DNA from: the human T2T-CHM13v2.0 reference genome, Homo sapiens
Assembly (NCBI RefSeq): GCF_009914755.1
Contig: NC_060934.1
Length of the DNA: 64,000 nucleotides
Reading direction: 5' to 3' (one strand)
In this document: one piece after another, positions 58,069 through 64,000 of the stretch
How the letters are laid out: every line of letters starts with the position of its first letter
Numbering within the stretch: the stretch's first letter is position 1
Position numbers and translations under genes: made by a program
Notes under the pieces: generated by a model
Told to the model about the DNA's origin: nothing
The model's database searches: none
Seen by the model: the letters and a program-made list of their open reading frames with translations, nothing else

Positions 58069-59350
58069 GGGACCATGTGATAGGGGCTGTGTCCAGCACA
58101 CAGATTCTGTGATTGTCCACAGCTGTCACCCAATGTCCAGAGAGACATTGTAGTTGGTTGTCTTTTTCATTAAAAAGATGAATGAGGTGAAGTCCTCAGA
58201 ACTGGTCCCCTGTCCCAGGCTGTCATACTGACGGGCAAGGATGAGGCTGACTGACCGCTCTAGGGCTGTCCTAGGACATGGGAGTGTGGTCCGGGCTGCA
58301 CCAGAAAGCCCATCGCTGTGGGACCAGGTCTTGCTGGCCACGGGCCACAGCTGCTGGGGCCCAGGGAGCACCGGGAAGGCTTTCCTTTGGTGCCCATCAG
58401 TCGCCCCACACTGTCCCTCGGGGTAGCTCTACAGAGCCGGGCCCGTCACTCACTGCGAGGTGAGCCCCCCAGGACCGGCCCCGCCTGTCAAGCATGCCAG
58501 CTGCCCTCCCCTCACTGTGTGCCTCAGCAGGCATCTCCCTTCCCTTCCCTGCTGCAGGTGGGTCCCACTCCTGCCTCGGCTCTGCCAGTTTCAAGGTACC
58601 GTTTTCTGAAGTGGGTGTCCAGACACCTGCCCCCTTGACTCCTCAGGTATCACCTGCCCTGCCAGGAGGCTGCCTGTGGGAGTCCCACTCCCTCTTGGCC
58701 ATGGCTGTGATGGAGGTGATTGTGATGAGACCTTCCGCAGGCACAGCCCCTGCCCCAGGCTCTCTGGGCACCACCAGCTGCAGGGGGCAGAAAGGGCACT
58801 CTTACCCCCAGACAACAGGCTCGGGCCTCGTCCCACACCTTCATGGAAGAGAAGTTCTTGGATACAAAGAGCAAGTGAACTCTTTCTTCTTTATTTTCCT
58901 GCCTGGAGCCCAGAGCCAGTGTCCTGCAGTCTCCTAGTGAGCAGCTCGGCAGGCCTATTCTGAGGGCCCAGACCCGGCACAGCCCCCTTCACATCACCCT
59001 GTGGACAGCGTCACCCCTTTGCTTCCCAAGGTGTGACCAGAAGACAGTGACACTAAGTGGAGGCCCTCGTCCAGGAGCGCAGCGGGGCCAGCACCACACA
59101 TGGTGCTAAGTGGGGACACGGGGGGCACCACCCTGGCTGGGGCTGGGGGCTGGGGGCTGGGACACACCCAGGCAGGCGTCAGGACACAGCCTCACCTGAG
59201 GCAGCTGCTGAGACCACCTGTGCCCTGAGGTGGCACTGGGAGAGGACGCAGCCAGGCTCTGATCCCAGGCAGCACTGACTCGGGATGGAGCCCTCAGCAG
59301 GAAGGTGGTCAGAGGTGGGCCGTGGGCCGGGTAGAGCCCAGGAGGGCTGA

Positions 59351-59974
<624 letters not shown>

Positions 59975-60404
59975 AGATGCCTGTTTTTAAAAGTGAAATT
60001 CAAGTGTCTGAAGGGAGGGACTTAGAGACAGGCATTCAGATCTTCCATAGACCTTATGTCGACAAGTGCCCGCAGCCAGGCACCCCCAACCCGTCGTGCA
60101 GCGCCTGTGGTGGCAGCCCCAGCTGGTGCCCTTACCTGAAAGGGGTCCTGATGCCTTTTCCTCGGTCACTGGGTCGGGTTGGCCCCCAGCATCAGTCACT
60201 GCTGGCAGCACCGACACACAGAGCCTCGGGATAGAACCCGGCATTCCCGGCTCTGCCCAGATGTGCCGGGAGGAAGAGGCTGTGGTTCAGACTCCCACCC
60301 GGAGGGCATGCACGCCCCCAGCCTGTGCCCCCTGGAGACAGGTGCACCGCAAGGCTGTAGAATGACAGAGGAATCCTGTAGCCTTGGCTCGAAGCTGCCT
60401 GTAA

Positions 60405-60560
<156 letters not shown>

Positions 60561-60573
60561 TAGTCCAGTCCCG

Positions 60574-60690
60574 GGGGTGGGTGGGTGCTCACAGGCATCC
60601 CTGTCCATGGAGGATGAGCCGAGACCTGGGGGTGTGGGTGGGTGCTCACACGCATCCCTGTCCATGGAGGATGAGCTGAGACTTGGGGAG
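60574..60690. repeat. ~57-bp tandem duplication just after the exon 8 donor
   Basis: gggtgggtgctcaca(g/c)gcatccctgtccatggaggatgagc(c/t)gagac occurs twice. Confidence 0.85.
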
Positions 60691-60995
60691 GAAGCTGCCT
60701 GTGCAGGCTGCTGGCTGGTGGGGCTGGGTTGGAGTGCAGCATCCAGAACCATTGCTCACTGCCCAGCCGGAGGGGACAGCTTCCCACCCCAGCCTTGAGG
60801 GCTTGCCTCTTGGCTCACTGACTTTTGGCTCCTGTCTGGGGAATTAGAAGCTCAAAGAGGGAAGGCGGAAGAGGAGATGAGGGGAAAAGATTCAAAAGAT
60901 AAAAAGCAGCTGAGGTCGAGGTGAGCGCTACAGAGGTCTTTCTGGGCTCCTCACCCTTGGTCTCTGGACCTCGAGGCAGGCAGTTTCCCTGGAAG

Positions 60996-61313
60996 CCAAG
61001 ATTGCCAGCTCTTAAGCTATGGGACATGGGATATCCTGAGTACCATCCCCCAAGATTGCCAGCTCTTAAGCTATGGGACATGGGATATCCTGAGTACCGT
61101 CCCCCAAGATTGCCAGCTCTTAAGCTATGGGACATGGGATATCCTGAGTACCGTCCCCCAAGATTGCCAGCTCTTAAGCTATGGGACATGGGATATCCTG
61201 AGTACCGTCCCCCAAGATTGCCAGCTCTTAAGCTATGGGACATGGGATATCCTGAGTACCGTCCCCCAAGATTGCCAGCTCTTAAGCTATGGGACACGGG
61301 ACATCTTGAGTAC
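60996..61313. repeat. Minisatellite, 54 bp x ~6, nearly perfect
   Basis: ccaagattgccagctcttaagctatgggacatgggatatcctgagtaccgtccc units. Confidence 0.95.
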
Positions 61314-62924
61314 AGTCCTCTCTTCCCATTTTCCCCAGACTGTATGAGGGTCTTAGTCCAGCCGGGCACAGGGCAGTGGGCACAGAGCTGCGGGCATGGG
61401 CCGTGGGCACAGGGTGGTGGGAGCCGGTGGCTCCTCCCTCCAGAATGCGCCTGGCTTGCTTCTCTGTCCTGTGAGCATAGTCAGGCAAATGTGCTGTTGA
61501 ATTTGGTCATAGATGTTTCTTTGGTGCTTTCTTCTAAGAGATGCTCCCTGTGTGTTACTTTGAAAGGCCACGGATTGCCTCTGCAGCCCCCTTAGCTGGG
61601 GTAAGGCCCCCAAGGGCTTCACCCTACAGCAGAGAGCGTGGCCACGTGGGCCTGCAGGCGTGGACTGCTTGGACAGTTCAGGAGTGTTTCCTTTGTCTAA
61701 CTTTGTATTGAACTAGTTTTTGACTTACAGGAAAGTTGCAAAAATAGTGTTTCCGTCTCCCCCCGGCCCAGCTTCCCTGATGGTGACATCTTACATAACC
61801 TCAAAACAAGGCTCAGAGTTAGGAATTCACAGTGTCCAATGCGTTGGATAAACCAGGACTGCATCTCACCCTTCTCAGGTCCCAGGCCCCACAGGACACT
61901 CAGTCGCCATCTTTGCTGTCACCTTTTTCCTAATTTCCCCAATATGTGGGAAAGTTTAAAAATACATATTTTGCCACTTCCAGGAATAAAAATACTTGCA
62001 CAATTGGACATTGCTAAGAATGCTTTCAGAGCTGAATTATAGCAAAAATATGGGAAACTTTAAATGTCAACAGATGGAGATGGCTAAATTGTCACATCCA
62101 GACCATGAGCTGCCTCTGTGGCCGACAGAAGGGTGAGTCAGTGATCATATCCACTGGCTTGCAAGTGTCTTGAAGAAATCACTGTAAGTTAAAGCAGCAC
62201 AAGTTGTAGGACAGTGCACAAAAACTCTCATTGGTCTGGAAGAACGTACAGCAACCCAGTGACTTTGCGGGGAGGGCTGTGGCTCTGGGGAGGGGGGCGC
62301 AGAGGAGGGGTCGATGCTGCCACAGTTGTGCTTCTGAGTCCTGTGAGACCATCACAGTGAGAGTGTACGCAGTTTCTTAAAAAAGAAAAACATAGGTTTT
62401 CTAGAAACTCATCTATCATGAGATAGAGCAGTTCAGTCAGCGAGTATTGATGGCCTGCTCTGAGCAGGGAGGGGACCAGGCACAGGCCCTGCCCACGGGA
62501 GCGCGCACCTAGTGCAGAGGCAGACCCTCGGCTGTGGCAGCAGGCAGGGCTCCGTGGTAGCTGGCTGCTGTTCTGCGCACCCCACAGGCCCTGGGTGAGG
62601 CAGCTGAACGCATGGAGAGGCCTGCTGCTTCCCTGTGCCACCCTCTGGGCCTGCGCTGGCCCAGGCACTGGTGAGATACTTTGTATGGCCCAGAGTGCTG
62701 TAGTCAGAGTCCAAGGGAAAATCTTTGTGCCTAAATGTTCATATCTAATATACAAAGAATGGCTACTAATTGATTTTAAAAATCTGAGAATCCAGTAGAA
62801 GAAATGGGCAAAAAGTATGGCAGGCAGTCCACAGAAGAGGAAATCCAAGCCACCGTAAATACATGAAAAGATGCTCAGCCTGTGAGGGACACGTAGGGTG
62901 GACGTGAGGCGCCTGTGTGGTCGG

Positions 62925-63572
62925 CAGGAAGGAGCCGAGGTGGTGGAGCGTGGGGAGGAGCCGAGGTGATGGAGCAGCGTGGGGAGGAGCCGAGGTGGTG
63001 GAGCAGCGTGGGGAGGAGCCGAGGTGATGGAGCAGTGTGGGGAGGAGCCGAGGTGGTGGAGCAGTGTGGGGAGGAGCCGAGCTGGTGGAGCAGCGTAGGG
63101 AGGAGCCGAGGTGGTGGAGCGTGGGGAGGAGCCGAGGTGGTGGAGCAGTGTGGGGAGGAGCCGAGGTGGTGGAGCAGTGTGGGGAGGAGCCGAGGTGGTA
63201 GAGCAGTGTGGGGAGGAGCCAAGGTGGTGGAGTGTGGGGAGGAGCCGAGGTGGTGGAGCGTGGGAAGGAGCCGAGGTGGTGGAGCAGCGTGGGGAGGAGC
63301 CGAGGTGATGGAGCAGTGTGGGGAGGAGCCGAGGTGGTGGAGCAGCGTGGGGAGGAGCCGAGGTGATGGAGCAGTGTGGGGAGGAGCCGAGGTGGTGGAG
63401 TGTGGGGAGGAGCCGAGGTGATGGAGCAGCGTGGGGAGGAGCCGAGGTGATGGAGCAGCGTGGGGAGGAGCCGAGGTGGTGGAGTGTGGGGAGGAGCCGA
63501 GGTGGTGGAGCGTGGGAAGGAGCCGAGGTGGTGGAGCAGCGTGGGGAGGTGCTGAGGTGGTGGAGCGTGGGA
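62925..63572. repeat. G-rich minisatellite, 26/29 bp x ~23
   Basis: ggagcagcgtggggaggagccgaggtggt and shorter variants. Confidence 0.95.
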
Positions 63573-64000
63573 TAGAGCATGGAGGCTGCTGCCACCAGCT
63601 GCTCGGAAGGCATCCTTCCAAGTTAAGAACGTGTCCTTTGAACACATTTAGGAGTCCATTTTATAGAAATAAAAGCAATCATATAGGCATTTAGTTACAC
63701 AGAAGTGTATCTGTGTATTTCAGTATTGTTGGAGAGACAAGCATAAATAAATACAACTCCAGTTTCCATGTCCATAACAGGGAAGCGGTTCCACGCATTG
63801 GCCCGGGGAGGGCAAGCTCCCAGCTCCCTGCAGCTGGGCAGGAGGACACGAGAGGGCGCCACGGCCTTGGGTGGCCACTGCTGGGTGGATCCCACTGGAC
63901 AGTGGCACCCACGGGCTGGGCTGGGCTGGGCGGGCCTGGGGAATCATGGCCGCTGGCTTTGCAGCCTGGTCCTGGAGTGTGCCCCCAGCCCTGCATGTGC

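Noticed and set aside
62228-63647. 461, 293 and 256 aa minus-strand ORFs
   Set aside because: They are translations of the 26/29-bp VNTR, open in all frames because the unit lacks stops.

Overview
Primate (very likely human) GC-rich, Alu/LTR/VNTR-dense genomic DNA. I recognise it from the translated exons as the head-to-head STK32C / LRRC27 locus (10q26.3, from prior knowledge). Minus strand: the canonical first coding exon of STK32C (12220-12481, in a CpG island) and a second, alternative first coding exon (36081-36381) with the same phase-1 donor. The kinase exons lie left of the window. Plus strand: LRRC27 exon 1 (non-coding, ends 36901) and coding exons 2-8, which splice into 390 uninterrupted codons; the gene continues right of the window. 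There is also an LTR-assisted cassette exon (53607-53701) and an alternative last exon with its own AATAAA (57550-~58045). The rest is Alu, L1, MaLR/ERV1 LTR, MER20, MIR and about 10 minisatellites. I found no new stand-alone gene or system, and the long ORFs in the track are repeat or GC artefacts. The best leads are regulatory: an STK32C uORF whose stop overlaps Met1 and could shunt ribosomes to a myristoylatable MGSSMS start, a similar uORF arrangement in LRRC27, RFX X-boxes, an NRF1-motif array in the bidirectional promoter, a CCAAT-amplified solo LTR, and VNTRs next to alternative exons. Repeat subfamily names and boundaries are by-eye approximations.
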